NCBI GenBank assembly: GCA_049516875.1
Contig: JBEKSS010000012.1
Span: forward strand, 8,758 to 72,757
DNA length: 64,000 bases
Reading direction: 5' to 3'
Origin: Candidatus Bathyarchaeia archaeon
Lineage (GTDB): Archaea; Thermoproteota; Bathyarchaeia; Bathyarchaeales; Bathycorpusculaceae
Shown: piece by piece, positions 52,156 to 62,108 of the stretch
How the letters are laid out: every line of letters begins with the position of its first letter
Position numbering within the stretch: the stretch's first letter is position 1
Notes under the pieces: model-generated
Told to the model about the DNA's origin: nothing
The model's database searches: none
Seen by the model: only the letters and a program-made list of their open reading frames with translations
Made by a program: the position numbers and the translations under genes

Positions 52156-52555
52156 CCCCCCATCTCAAATAACCAATACTGAGCAAAAGCCACTCTTAAA
52201 CACTTCACGCATGAAAAGCAAGAAAAAAGAATCGAACACAAAACAAAAGATTCGTACCCCCACTCGACGGTTTGAGCCTCAAAAAAACCACGGTTTAGTC
52301 ACAAATTAGAATCACTTTTCGACGCGCGCGCGCGCGTGATTTATGACGATTTCATCATGGCCAAAATCACAAACGGTCGGAATCCCCGTCTATGGTGGGA
52401 AGAAGAGGGAGAAGAATCGGCTATTTTCCTTCGGTTTCTAAAATGACATGGAGACATGAGTCAGTTATGATATATGGCAAATCTCAAGACCGATACAGAG
52501 ACCTTAAGACGGGTCGTTTCATCAAGAAGCCTTAGAAAAACAGAAGCGCGCGCTT

Positions 52556-52790
52556 GCTGAGTGTTGTTTACGAAGTTATTGTGGAATATCACGTTATCCG
52601 AAGAGGACCAGAGGGAGATGCCGTAACCACTGTTTGCTATTATGTTGTTTTCCAAAATGGTGTTGTTTGAAGAGGAGAGGAGGCACATGCCGTAGCTGCT
52701 GCTTGATGATGCGTTGTTTCCAGAAATGATGTTGTAGTTTGAAGAGGAGGAGAGCACGATACCTGTCCAGTTGTTTGCCATTACGTCGTT
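52556..52790 (-). pseudogene. NosD/right-handed beta-helix protein fragment
   Basis: GI.L.SSS.N.I..N repeats ending at IFHNNFVNNTQQ; both ends abut CG palindromes. Confidence 0.8.
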
Positions 52791-53035
52791 TTAGCGCGGC
52801 CGCGCCAAACGGGTTCAAGTCCCCTTTCAAATAGCGACCACGATAAGATCGATAGAACCTGTATTGTGTGCATAATAACCCCAAGCTACCGATGTTTTCT
52901 TCTGTATATCGTGGTAGCGCGCGCCTGGCAGTCAAGCTATATAAGTGATGTTGAGAATACTGAGATGCACGTTCTAGATCTATTATTTTAGTGATGGATT
53001 TGCGCGTCAAAAACAACAGAGTGGAAACAAGTTAG

Positions 53036-53701
53036 ATGGCGAAACATATTTGGAGAGGTAGAGGCAGGCCTCTTAAGAGGATGCATTCACACAAAGATGG
53101 AAGGGTTCTGGAGAACCTTGCCAGAATCGCGGTGTTGCATAAGGTTGATGCAAGTGAATTTTTCAATCGCATTGTGGAAGCTTGGAATCACGAGGGGTCA
53201 GAATGTGAGCAGGTGATTATAGAATGTCGCAAGAGGACGAAGAATTCAGCGATTTTTCTCTTTACCACCGATCGAGAGGTTGTAGCTCAATTTCCAATAT
53301 CGATTACCATCCTGCAAGGAAAGAATCAGCTCGAAAGCTACACGAAAACCATTTTTGCCAGAATTTCTTCAGTCAAGAATTTCGAAGGTGTAAACTCTAA
53401 GATTGGGGACTTGAAAGTTGGAATGAAAAAGGTCAGCCTCAAAGCAGAGGTGCTTGAGATTCCAAAATCCAAAATCGTCTACACGAGATACGGAACAACG
53501 GCTTGTGTATCAAACGCACTCATCAGAGACGAAACTGGTTCAATGAAAATGAGTTTATGGAACCAGCAGATCAACACGGTGCATAAGGGCGACGTAATTG
53601 ACGTCAAAAATGGTACAGTAACTTGGTTCAGCGGTGAAAGGCAGTTGCGACTGGGGAGAAGCGGAAGCTTAAGCGTCATCGAATGCGTGCTCGCACCATA
53701 G
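53036..53701 (+). CDS. OB-fold ssDNA-binding (RPA/SSB-like) protein with N-terminal extension
   Basis: KIGDLK.G, DETGS..SLW, GD.I..KNG, GERQLRLG. Confidence 0.8.
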   Translation: MAKHIWRGRGRPLKRMHSHKDGRVLENLARIAVLHKVDASEFFNRIVEAWNHEGSECEQVIIECRKRTKNSAIFLFTTDREVVAQFPISITILQGKNQLESYTKTIFARISSVKNFEGVNSKIGDLKVGMKKVSLKAEVLEIPKSKIVYTRYGTTACVSNALIRDETGSMKMSLWNQQINTVHKGDVIDVKNGTVTWFSGERQLRLGRSGSLSVIECVLAP

Positions 53702-53714
53702 GAAGTGGTTTTTA

Positions 53715-53837
53715 ATGCCGAAGACTAAAGCCATAATAAACATTCAAAACGTCGTTGCCGCTGCCACCTTGAACCAAAAAGTTGACTTAAACGCTGTCGT
53801 GAAGAGTTTTCCAGGAGTTCAGTATCGCCCAGAACAA
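53715..53837 (+). pseudogene. tbp: TATA-binding protein N-terminal fragment (41 aa)
   Basis: INIQNVVA..LNQKVDL..YRPEQ, then similarity stops before the expected FPGL. Confidence 0.8.
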
Positions 53838-53981
53838 GAACAGAATCCCCGCAGAAAACCTATCAATAGCGCTCGACGTGATAGAGCTAAGGCCATCAAA
53901 CGAGAAGAGCTCGTGGTGGAAAGAAGCAGAAGAGAAGATGATAGCCCAATTTTGTCTTTTCACCTCCAAAAGTAACTCTTT

Positions 53982-55160
53982 ATGAGTGCTTCAGAAGAGC
54001 TTGAGAAGAATGCAACCAACTACGCGTTGGAAGCAGTGCGCTTGGACAAGCAAGGGTCAAGAGGCATGGCAATAACCATGTATCAGAAATCCATAGAAAG
54101 CCTGCTTCAACTTGTTCAACTCTATCCTGAATACGGCTTGAACAAAGTCTACGTGCAAAAAGCGATCGCCTACCAAGAACGCATAAAGGCGATACAAGGC
54201 GCCGTAGGTGTGCCGCGCGAACAACCTCACGCAGAAGTTAGAAACGGCGGGTGTGAGGGTGAAACCAAAAAGAGTGAAGGCAGCAAGTCCAGTTACGAAG
54301 AACTGATAGTCACAGAGAAGCTCAACGTGAAATGGGAGGAAGTCGTTGGACTGGACCCCGCAAAGAAGGCGGTGAAGGAGGCAATAATCTATCCTGTTCA
54401 GAGACCCGACCTGTTTCCATTAGGATGGCCACGGGGAATATTGCTCTTCGGGCCGCCAGGTTGCGGGAAAACATTGCTGGCAGCAGCCGTCGCTACGGAA
54501 ATAGACGCTACTTTCGTCTCAATTGACGCGGCTTCGATAATGTCAAAATGGCTGGGTGAAGCTGAACAGAATGTCGCACGCCTGTTCGGTCAAGTAAGAA
54601 AATCATCGTTGGAAGGAAAGCCTGCAATAGTCTTCGTCGATGAGCTTGACTCTTTGATGGGAAAACACGCAAATGAAGTAGGCGGCGAAATCCGTGTTCG
54701 CAACCAGTTCTTGAAAGAGATGGACGGTATCGTAGACAAGGGCAAGAACCTTCACGTGTACGTGATTGGAGCGACGAACAAGCCTTGGGACTTGGACTGG
54801 GCTTTCATAAGAAGATTTCAGAAAAGAATTCTGGTCCCACTGCCTGACCACCATACACGATTGATGATGTTCAAGCTCTACACTGCCAGTCTTCAACTTG
54901 CTCCAGATGTCGAGCTGCAGGAGCTCGCGAGACTCTCAGAGGGATTCTCAGGAAGCGACATAAGAGATTTCAACCAGTCGGCACAGCTGAAACTCATCGG
55001 CGAATTCTTTGAGTCAGGTAAGGCAAGCGACAGAATGGCCAAGCCACGACCGTTGACCATGGAGGATTTCAGGCAGATACTCGAGGAAAGAAAGCCCAGT
55101 GTATCCCTTGACATGCTGACGCTTTACAACAGATGGTTTGAAGCATTTAAGGCTCTCTAG
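53982..55160 (+). CDS. cdvC: Vps4/CdvC AAA+ ATPase with MIT domain
   Basis: AVRLD..YQERI MIT domain; [34 protein letters not shown]. Confidence 0.9.
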   Translation: MSASEELEKNATNYALEAVRLDKQGSRGMAITMYQKSIESLLQLVQLYPEYGLNKVYVQKAIAYQERIKAIQGAVGVPREQPHAEVRNGGCEGETKKSEGSKSSYEELIVTEKLNVKWEEVVGLDPAKKAVKEAIIYPVQRPDLFPLGWPRGILLFGPPGCGKTLLAAAVATEIDATFVSIDAASIMSKWLGEAEQNVARLFGQVRKSSLEGKPAIVFVDELDSLMGKHANEVGGEIRVRNQFLKEMDGIVDKGKNLHVYVIGATNKPWDLDWAFIRRFQKRILVPLPDHHTRLMMFKLYTASLQLAPDVELQELARLSEGFSGSDIRDFNQSAQLKLIGEFFESGKASDRMAKPRPLTMEDFRQILEERKPSVSLDMLTLYNRWFEAFKAL

Positions 55161-55208
55161 AAGGAGGATGATGCAACAAGAGTGTGTTGAAGCGTTGGGT
55201 GGATAGGT

Positions 55209-55336
55209 TTAGCCTTTCTCCGTTTCCTCTAAAGTTTCTTCTGGCAATTCCTGCTCTTGCACAGCAAAACAACGTGTTATGTATCCAGCAATCAGGTTCC
55301 GAACCTTTGGCGTTCCACCAGTCACTAAACTGTCAT
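55209..55336 (-). pseudogene. rps17e: Ribosomal protein S17e C-terminal fragment
   Basis: TPKVRNLIAGYITR plus acidic tail; N-terminal half absent. Confidence 0.7.
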
Positions 55337-55732
55337 ATCTGAACTATATTAGACCCATGATTCATTATAAGCTACAATAACCTCTCATAAAGCGTGCGCT
55401 TCACGATGTTTTGTTCAGAAATCATTTCCTCACCACACGTGCTACGAACTCAATCGACTTGAAAACCTTCCTTTAAATTGCTGCTAAACAGTTTAGCGCG
55501 CGCGCTAGCCACCATATAAGCACACAATACGCGCGAGCTTGACTTTATGCTAAGCTTATATCCACTTGTGCTACTAAGGTCGCTGAATCGCCGTCATACA
55601 CGTTCCAATAGTAACCCTAGAAGCCCTAGCGCGTTTGCCCGGCTAGAAAAGAAGGAATTCACCAGGTGAAACGCTAAACTGCCAACAATATAGCCTTCTG
55701 AAAACTTTCATCTCCATCTGTTGCTTCTGGGA

Positions 55733-57901
55733 TTACACTACAAGAGGCGTAGGCTTCTGCACCCTTCGAACCTGCTTCATGAAGCTCCTGTACCAATTCT
55801 CAATTTCTGGCGATATGCTTGGCGGAACCTTCTCCATAGCTTTCTCAAAATCGCTGAAGGTAACCTCTTTTGCGTTGATGTCTCTTCTCAAGGCCTTCAT
55901 GGCGGCCTCTCTGCACACAGATGATATATCGGCGCCGGAGTAACCTTTCGTTATGCGATGCTCCTTGATGTCCACATCCTTTGATAGTGGCATGTTCTTC
56001 GTGTGAATCTTAAAGATTTCAAGCCGGGCAGCTTCGTCAGGTTCTGGAACATAGATCAGCCGATCAAATCTGCCCGGCCTCAATACAGCTGGGTCGACGA
56101 TGTCGGGCCTATTTGTCGCAGCTATAACTATGATGTCTTCTAAGCGTATCATTCCATCCATTTCTGTTAGAAGCTGGCTGATGACCCGTTCAGTTACGCC
56201 GCTGTCGCCGTAACCCAGCCTCCTCCTTGGAGCAAGAGAGTCAACCTCATCGAAGAATATTACGGCTGGCGAAGCCATTCTAGCCTTCCTGAAGACCTCT
56301 CGAATAGCCCTTTCAGACTCGCCAACCCACTTAGAGAAGACCTCCGGACCCTTAATCGAGATGAAGTTTGCCTCGCTCTCAGTTGCAACAGCCTTGGCCA
56401 GCATCGTCTTCCCACACCCTGGCGGGCCTATTAACAGTATACCTTTAGGCGGCTGAATCCCCAATCTCTTGAAGACTTCAGGATTCTTCAGCGGCCACTC
56501 AACAGCCTCCTTTAACTCCTCTTTAACCTCCTCCAAGCCTCCCACTTCATCCCAATGAACAACCGGGACTTCCACAGCAACCTCCCTCATGACTGTAGGC
56601 GTAATCTCCTTGAAGGCGTTCATGAAATCATCCATCCGAACCTCCATCTTCTCCAGGAAGCTGGAAGGTATTCGCTCTTCCTCCAGATTTATCTCGGGAA
56701 GATACCTACGTAGAGCTTTCATGGCTGTCTCTCTACACAGGGCGGCCAAGTCGGCACCCGTGTAACCGTGCGTCCGCTCACCAAACACCTTTAAGTCAAC
56801 GTCACCGGCTAAGGGCATACCTCTGCTATGAATCAACAATATTTCATGACGCCCCCGCTTGTCCGGGATCCCTATCTCCATCTCGCGGTCAAACCTCCCA
56901 GGCCTCCTGAGAGCTGGATCCAAGGCATTCGGCCTGTTCGTTGCACCTATTACTATGACATTTCCTCTACCAGACAATCCGTCCATGAGAGCTAGAAGCT
57001 GAGCGACAACCCTTCTCTCCACTTCACCCGTAACCTCCTCACGTTTAGGCGCTATGGAGTCCAGCTCGTCTATGAGTATGATGCTCGGAGCGTTCTGTTG
57101 AGCCTGTTGAAATATCTCTCGAAGTCTCGCCTCCGACTCCCCATAGAACTTACTTATTATCTCAGGCCCGTTTATTGAGAAGAAGTTTGCATCCGACTCA
57201 TTTGCTACTGCTCTAGCTAGGAGTGTCTTTCCGCAGCCGGGTGGACCGAGCAGTAGAACTCCTTTCGGAGGATCTATTCCAAGCCTCTGGAAAATCTCGG
57301 GATGCCGCATTGGAAGTTCAACCATCTCCCTTATCCGTTGAATCTCCTCCTCCAACCCTCCTAAGTCCTCATAGGTGGTACGTGGTACACCTTCAGCTTC
57401 CGCAACAGGTTCAGTCAATATCTGCAATCTAGTATCGTGAGTCATCTTGACTATTCCGTGGGGCTGCATCTTCGCAACAGTGAACTGAACAGAATGACCA
57501 AGCATCATAACGAGCGTCGTGTCTCCCTCAACAAACGTCCTATCCATAAGTCTGTTCTTCACAAAATTTGCAAAGTCTTCGTCAAAGTTAAATCGCATAT
57601 CCACTGGAGCAAGCACTATGCTCATAGCATTTTTAACTTCAGCCTTGCGAACTACAACGTACTCGTTTATTGATACGCCGGCATTTTTACGTAAGAACCC
57701 ATCGATTCGCATAATGCTTGGATCCTGGTCTTCAGAGTACGCTGGCCAGGCGATCGCCGATGTCTTTTTCTTCCCTGAGAACTCTATTACGTCTCCAGAT
57801 GAAACCCCTAACTTTTGCATTGTGGTCTGGTCTATTCTAGCGATTCCTCTTGCCACATCTTTCTGTCTGGAATCCAGAACTCTCAGCTGAACTTCGCTCA
57901 A
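55733..57901 (-). CDS. cdc48: CDC48/VCP AAA+ ATPase
   Basis: N-domain plus two AAA modules (GPPGCGKT x2, RPGRFD x2). Confidence 0.96.
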   Translation of the reverse strand: MSEVQLRVLDSRQKDVARGIARIDQTTMQKLGVSSGDVIEFSGKKKTSAIAWPAYSEDQDPSIMRIDGFLRKNAGVSINEYVVVRKAEVKNAMSIVLAPVDMRFNFDEDFANFVKNRLMDRTFVEGDTTLVMMLGHSVQFTVAKMQPHGIVKMTHDTRLQILTEPVAEAEGVPRTTYEDLGGLEEEIQRIREMVELPMRHPEIFQRLGIDPPKGVLLLGPPGCGKTLLARAVANESDANFFSINGPEIISKFYGESEARLREIFQQAQQNAPSIILIDELDSIAPKREEVTGEVERRVVAQLLALMDGLSGRGNVIVIGATNRPNALDPALRRPGRFDREMEIGIPDKRGRHEILLIHSRGMPLAGDVDLKVFGERTHGYTGADLAALCRETAMKALRRYLPEINLEEERIPSSFLEKMEVRMDDFMNAFKEITPTVMREVAVEVPVVHWDEVGGLEEVKEELKEAVEWPLKNPEVFKRLGIQPPKGILLIGPPGCGKTMLAKAVATESEANFISIKGPEVFSKWVGESERAIREVFRKARMASPAVIFFDEVDSLAPRRRLGYGDSGVTERVISQLLTEMDGMIRLEDIIVIAATNRPDIVDPAVLRPGRFDRLIYVPEPDEAARLEIFKIHTKNMPLSKDVDIKEHRITKGYSGADISSVCREAAMKALRRDINAKEVTFSDFEKAMEKVPPSISPEIENWYRSFMKQVRRVQKPTPLVV

Positions 57902-58058
57902 TCTTCAACGCTCCACTAAATATATTTCTGATAGAAGCACTAAACCCTTTCTCCCAATATAAGTAAAGGACCATTAAAGTGACCCTGGAACTTCAATACA
58001 AATAGGGCATGTGCTGACATGACATACAAGGTCCACGCAGCTCCGCGCGCGCACGCGC

Positions 58059-58432
58059 GTTTACGATTTTTCCATTTCTGTGGATGCGGACGGAAGGCCC
58101 AGGATAAGGGAGTTTGGTAATGTGCAAAAGTGTCACTACGGCCCGCGCGCGCTCAAATCAGGAAGCAAAGCGAACCGCTAGTGGATGTGTTAGATGAGGA
58201 AGAGGTTGTAGTGGTGGCCGAGCTTTCAGGCGTGGAAAAGGAGGACATAAGTCTTTACGCGTCCAAAGATGGACTTACTATCAGCGTGGACACCCCGCAA
58301 CGAAAATATCAAAAGGAGCTACCACTGCCAGAGGAAGTGGATCCTAAACCAGTGAAGGCCTCCTACAAAAATGGCGTCCTCGCGATACGATTCAAAAAGA
58401 AGAGCAAAAGAGAAAAGATCCGCATTCAGTAG
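58059..58432 (+). pseudogene. Archaeal Hsp20, 5'-truncated and frameshifted
   Basis: VYDFSISVDADGRPRIREFGNV in one frame, EPLVDV..AEL.GVEKEDI..ASYKNGVL in another. Confidence 0.85.
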
Positions 58433-58574
58433 CTGAACCGCGCTAGAAAAAATGCGTCTCCTCTCGCTTTTAGATCTCATGATTTCTCTCTCTATGATAG
58501 CCCATGAACATTTGAGAAATCCAAAGAAAGATAAATCTTTAGTACAGCTTAAATGAAATAAGAGGTGATGGAAG

Positions 58575-58703
58575 ATGGGGAAAGTATATCGATGCCCAAA
58601 TTGTAATAGAACAGAAATCATATGGGATGCAGGACTTAGAAAAGCTGTATGCCCAAAAGATAAAACACCGGTAAACAACTACAAAACGGAAAATAATGCT
58701 TGA
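58575..58703 (+). CDS. 42-aa Zn-ribbon microprotein
   Basis: SD GAGGTGA; YRCPNC..VCPKD. Confidence 0.6.
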   Translation: MGKVYRCPNCNRTEIIWDAGLRKAVCPKDKTPVNNYKTENNA

Positions 58704-58921
58704 AAATATCTTTGACGTTCGCGCGCTAGCCTTTTCCTCTGAATCTCTGTCTTGCTTGAAATAGATCTAACCCGGACATAATTTGTTGCATAATATAGAG
58801 CGCATTGTAGCCCATCTCTTGTTCAATGCTGAAAGTCGATCTTAGCTATCGGCAAAGCCAGAAAACGACAAAAGATGCAAGTTTAGCTTATAAGCCCTAG
58901 TTCATAACTTTGCACGCACGC

Positions 58922-59089
58922 TTACGGCGTCTCTTCTTCTGTTTCGAATTTTGTGGTCCGTGTGGCACTTACTAGGTGGGTTACGTAGCCGGCTATCCTG
59001 TTTGTCAGTTTTGGGGAGGAGGTTTTGACGAGGCTTTTAGTGAGTTCTTTGTTTGTCCTCTTCACTCGCTCCGGCCGCACCTTACCCAA
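58922..59089 (-). pseudogene. rps17e: S17e paralog with an in-frame internal deletion (55 aa)
   Basis: MGKVRPERVKR..NRIAGYVTHL; lacks the central F..DF.N segment. Confidence 0.75.
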
Positions 59090-59137
59090 GATTTAACGCC
59101 CCTTAACCCCCCGCTCCTTTGCCTCCATCCACACATA

Positions 59138-59312
59138 GCGCGCTAGGGCGTTGCTAAATTCAGATTTTAATAGTTTTTATTCGGTTTCATGAGTAGTTGG
59201 CAGTTTTTGGTTGAACAATCCTCCCATCAGAAGCACCCAAACACGCACCGAGAAAAAAGCTAACACCTATTAAAATCCATTTTTGTCCGAATTTAGCAAC
59301 AGCCTAGCGCGC
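59138..59312. repeat. 175-bp element with nested inverted repeats
   Basis: 24-bp terminal IR 22/24 identical (59138-59161 and 59289-59312); perfect 11-bp inner IR (59163-59173 and 59267-59277). Confidence 0.75.
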
Positions 59313-59353
59313 GCAAACTTTACTCCTGCACGTTTCCTCAAAAGGAAAGAGAG

Positions 59354-59448
59354 GGGTTTCCAACGATTCAACCCTGTAGCAAACTGACAGGCACCAGTTG
59401 CATTTGTTGGATTGAACCGGGAAACCCATCCAAGACTGAAGGGTGCCT
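59354..59448 (+). ncRNA. Candidate pseudoknotted RNA
   Basis: GGGTTTCC/GGAAACCC stem; loop AGGCAC complementary to downstream GTGCCT. Confidence 0.3.
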
Positions 59449-59746
59449 AAATAAAAGTGTTAGCGCGCGCTAATGGTATTTTATGGTTACACTAATGGGA
59501 TTGTCTTGTTTAATGTAGGTGGTTAGGTGGGGTTATGTGTTTGCCTGTGCACTTGTAGTGTCTGGTCTACTTGAATACTACCTGTTTTTGATGTTGTTTT
59601 GGGTGTTTGTGAGGTGTTCGTGTGGGGTTTGTTTCGTTCATGGAAATAGCTTGTGTCAACCCTTTGGTAGTAGCGCGCTAAATTGAAAAGGTCACAAAAC
59701 TTCTTTATATATTAGGTATCTGAGCTTGAACTAGCGGAGATCGAAT

Positions 59747-59971
59747 ATGAAACCTGAACATTATAAACCGATAAGGAAAGAAAAGCCCAAACGAAAAGGC
59801 AAGATTAGTGCGCGCAAAAGTCGAATGCTTGCAGTGGCTCAAGAATGGAAACCCATTACTTCTCCACAATTGCGTGAAGCTTACTCTACTAAAATAGAAT
59901 GGGCAAGGAAGCTGATTCCCAAATTGAAAAAAGAAGCAGAAGGGCCGGAAGAAAAAGAAGAGCTTAGATAA
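59747..59971 (+). CDS. Basic 74-aa hypothetical protein
   Basis: SD GGAG before ATG; upstream TTTATATA box. Confidence 0.5.
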   Translation: MKPEHYKPIRKEKPKRKGKISARKSRMLAVAQEWKPITSPQLREAYSTKIEWARKLIPKLKKEAEGPEEKEELR

Positions 59972-60590
59972 GCGCACGCACAAATTCTGATGGGCTTGTT
60001 TTGGCTGTTCCCTGACAAAAGAAGCATTTTTCAACCATAAAACCACACAAAAGAACCGCCAAAAACGAATACCAAACAAGGCAAGTGTAGTAAATGATAA
60101 AAAAACTAAAATTTAAGGCGCGCGCTTGAAAACGGCAATAGACCACGTTATGCTGGAACCATGCCTCACTGTAAACGGTTAGGACGCGCGCTGCCTTGTC
60201 CCGAAATTATGTGTTGAAGTAGGTTGGTGAGACTGCATTGTCGGTTCTCCCAATGTTTTCTGCTGCTTCTCTTGTTAGGACTAGACCAAGTATGTTATAG
60301 TGAGAATAAAGGCGCCAGACGTTGTAAGGACGCTGCCTCCAGCAATAAACAGTCCGCTTGATTATCTCTCCCATCTTGACGCGTGTGGGCCACTCATATC
60401 CAAAGAGTGTCATAAGACCCCTTTAATCTCAGGGCGATCTCATCCAGCTTCTCACGCAATATACGGTTCCAATCTAATAAGGGATGCATCCTCGTATATA
60501 GTGTTTTTAAGGAGGATGTTTGACTATCAACACGCTTATTAATAGCGCCATAGACTTGACCTAAGAGCGCTAATTTTGGAGCACAACACT

Positions 60591-60650
60591 ATGAGCGAAG
60601 AGGAAGAGGAAGAGGAAGAAGAAGAGGAACTAAGGGATGAAGGAGAGTAA
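60591..60650 (+). CDS. 19-aa poly-Glu micro-ORF
   Basis: MSEEEEEEEEEEELRDEGE; GGAG upstream; mixed GAA/GAG codons. Confidence 0.35.
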   Translation: MSEEEEEEEEEEELRDEGE

Positions 60651-60764
60651 TAGGGCATTAAGTGTGGAACCAAGCTCTACGGAGCCCTATAGACGCGGAA
60701 ACAACGCCTTGTTTTCAATACCCTATTTTTTAATCTTAAAACCTTTGAAGGAGGTGACAGACAA

Positions 60765-60902
60765 ATGGCCAAGTGTCCGACCTGTGGAAAAGAAGTTGAA
60801 ACGCCGATAAAGGAGTGGAATATGGGCAGGAACAAAAAGATACATGTTAAGCAGTACGAGTGTTGCGGGAAAAAATTCCGTGAATACGGAAAGAAGGTTT
60901 AG
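60765..60902 (+). CDS. 45-aa Cren7-like Zn-binding microprotein
   Basis: SD GGAGGTGA; MAKCPTCGKEVETPIKEWNMG..HVKQYECCGKKFREY. Confidence 0.7.
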   Translation: MAKCPTCGKEVETPIKEWNMGRNKKIHVKQYECCGKKFREYGKKV

Positions 60903-60991
60903 GAGCTGTGTATGCTTTTCAGGAGTATCTCCTTCAACTCTACCAGAAGTTTTGAGCGCGCGCGCAAAAACCCATTGACGGTCTGCAACTA

Positions 60992-61216
60992 TTAAGTCTC
61001 AGGGATGGGTGGTAGGTAATCGTTTGGTTTGGTTGGGGGTAAAGTTTTATCTTTCCCCTGATTTTTGTTTCTTACTTTGTAACGGAGCAGGTGTCCGCAT
61101 TTCCAGTCTATCGGGCGGCCTAGACTGTCATGTTTTTCCTGTCCTTTAGGAACTTTGCGTCCACAGAACGCGCACCAGTAATCACAGTTGAAATCTATGT
61201 ATCCTCTTGACGTCAT
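60992..61216 (-). CDS. Zn-finger microprotein
   Basis: SD GGAGG; YWCAFCG..KCGHLLR. Confidence 0.6.
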   Translation of the reverse strand: MTSRGYIDFNCDYWCAFCGRKVPKGQEKHDSLGRPIDWKCGHLLRYKVRNKNQGKDKTLPPTKPNDYLPPIPET

Positions 61217-61290
61217 TTGCCATCCTCCAGTTCAACTAGTTTTTTCAGGAACTCTGCCGGGGTAATGCCTTATCCAACCAGCGACGTTGC

Positions 61291-61452
61291 CTATTGAGGT
61301 CTTGGCGGTGGTCGTGGAGGCGAGTGGGTAGCTTCCCGTCTGGCAAAACTCCTCCGATAAAAAACAAAGGCTAGAACCGCCAGAACTATGCCTATTACCA
61401 GAACAATGCCTACCAAGACCAAAGGGTCAATACCCAAGATAGTCTTCCCCAA
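61291..61452 (-). CDS. 53-aa single-TM microprotein with Pro-rich tail
   Basis: MGKTILGIDPLVLVGIVLVIGIVLAVLAFVFYRR..PPRPPPRPQ. Confidence 0.5.
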   Translation of the reverse strand: MGKTILGIDPLVLVGIVLVIGIVLAVLAFVFYRRSFARREATHSPPRPPPRPQ

Positions 61453-61610
61453 GGATAGCTCTGCCGCCCGCCTCTAATAAGACTATCTCAGTCAATAATA
61501 TTCAGATTTGGGTTGGTTTGGGGTAAAGTTTTATCCGCCATCCCAAGAACTTCGCTAAATAATTTACATCTCAAATCTGCGGATGGAGTAATTCTATAAC
61601 ATTTCAACGT

Positions 61611-62108
61611 TTACAAAACTTTTATATGTTCAATTTTTCGGGTTAGGATCTCAATGATACGGTCGTTGTTGAGGTGCATCATTGGTTTGTTGCAGGCGGG
61701 GCATTTAAAGAGCAGCTCCAATGCCTCTTCGAAGGGGTGTAGCTTGCAGCTTGGCGTTTGGCAGCTGTAGAACTCGTGGCTTTTCTCGTATTCAAGTCGG
61801 GTTTCCAGTTTTTCTAGAACACGTCGTTTTTGGTTTAGGATAAAGCCTTCCAGTTGGTCTGGTTGGAGTCTCCAGTTGAAGATAAACCAGCCTGTTTCTT
61901 TATCGCGGCATCGCCTGAGAGCCACGATAGAGTGGTCATAGAGCCTGTAGACTGCCTTGCGAATCAGGTTGAGGCGTATTTGGGTTTTATCCGCTATCTC
62001 ATTATCACTAATCTCGTGAACCCCTTTGAGGACCTCAACTACTCTCACAGCCTCCTCTCCGAACAACGCAGCAACCTTCTTTAGCGTCTCGTTATCCACG
62101 AGGAACAG
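61611..62108 (-). CDS. tfe: Transcription factor E alpha; probable CTG start
   Basis: Winged helix with D.EIA, R..VY.L, RD.ETGW..F.W; Zn ribbon C..C, FEEA..F.CP.C; SD GGAGGTG 8 nt before CTG. Confidence 0.9.
   Translation of the reverse strand: MFLVDNETLKKVAALFGEEAVRVVEVLKGVHEISDNEIADKTQIRLNLIRKAVYRLYDHSIVALRRCRDKETGWFIFNWRLQPDQLEGFILNQKRRVLEKLETRLEYEKSHEFYSCQTPSCKLHPFEEALELLFKCPACNKPMMHLNNDRIIEILTRKIEHIKVL

Noticed and set aside
50743-52182. 479-aa and other long antisense ORFs (e.g. 49828..50667, 48991..49758, 3038..3634)
   Set aside because: Shadows of well-supported genes on the opposite strand, with no recognisable motifs.
59384-59427. Hammerhead ribozyme
   Set aside because: CTGACAG deviates from the CUGANGA core and the three-stem junction cannot be built.
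59500-59640. Strong G/T strand skew
   Set aside because: No periodicity or convincing ORF; likely decayed coding DNA from the A/C-rich strand.
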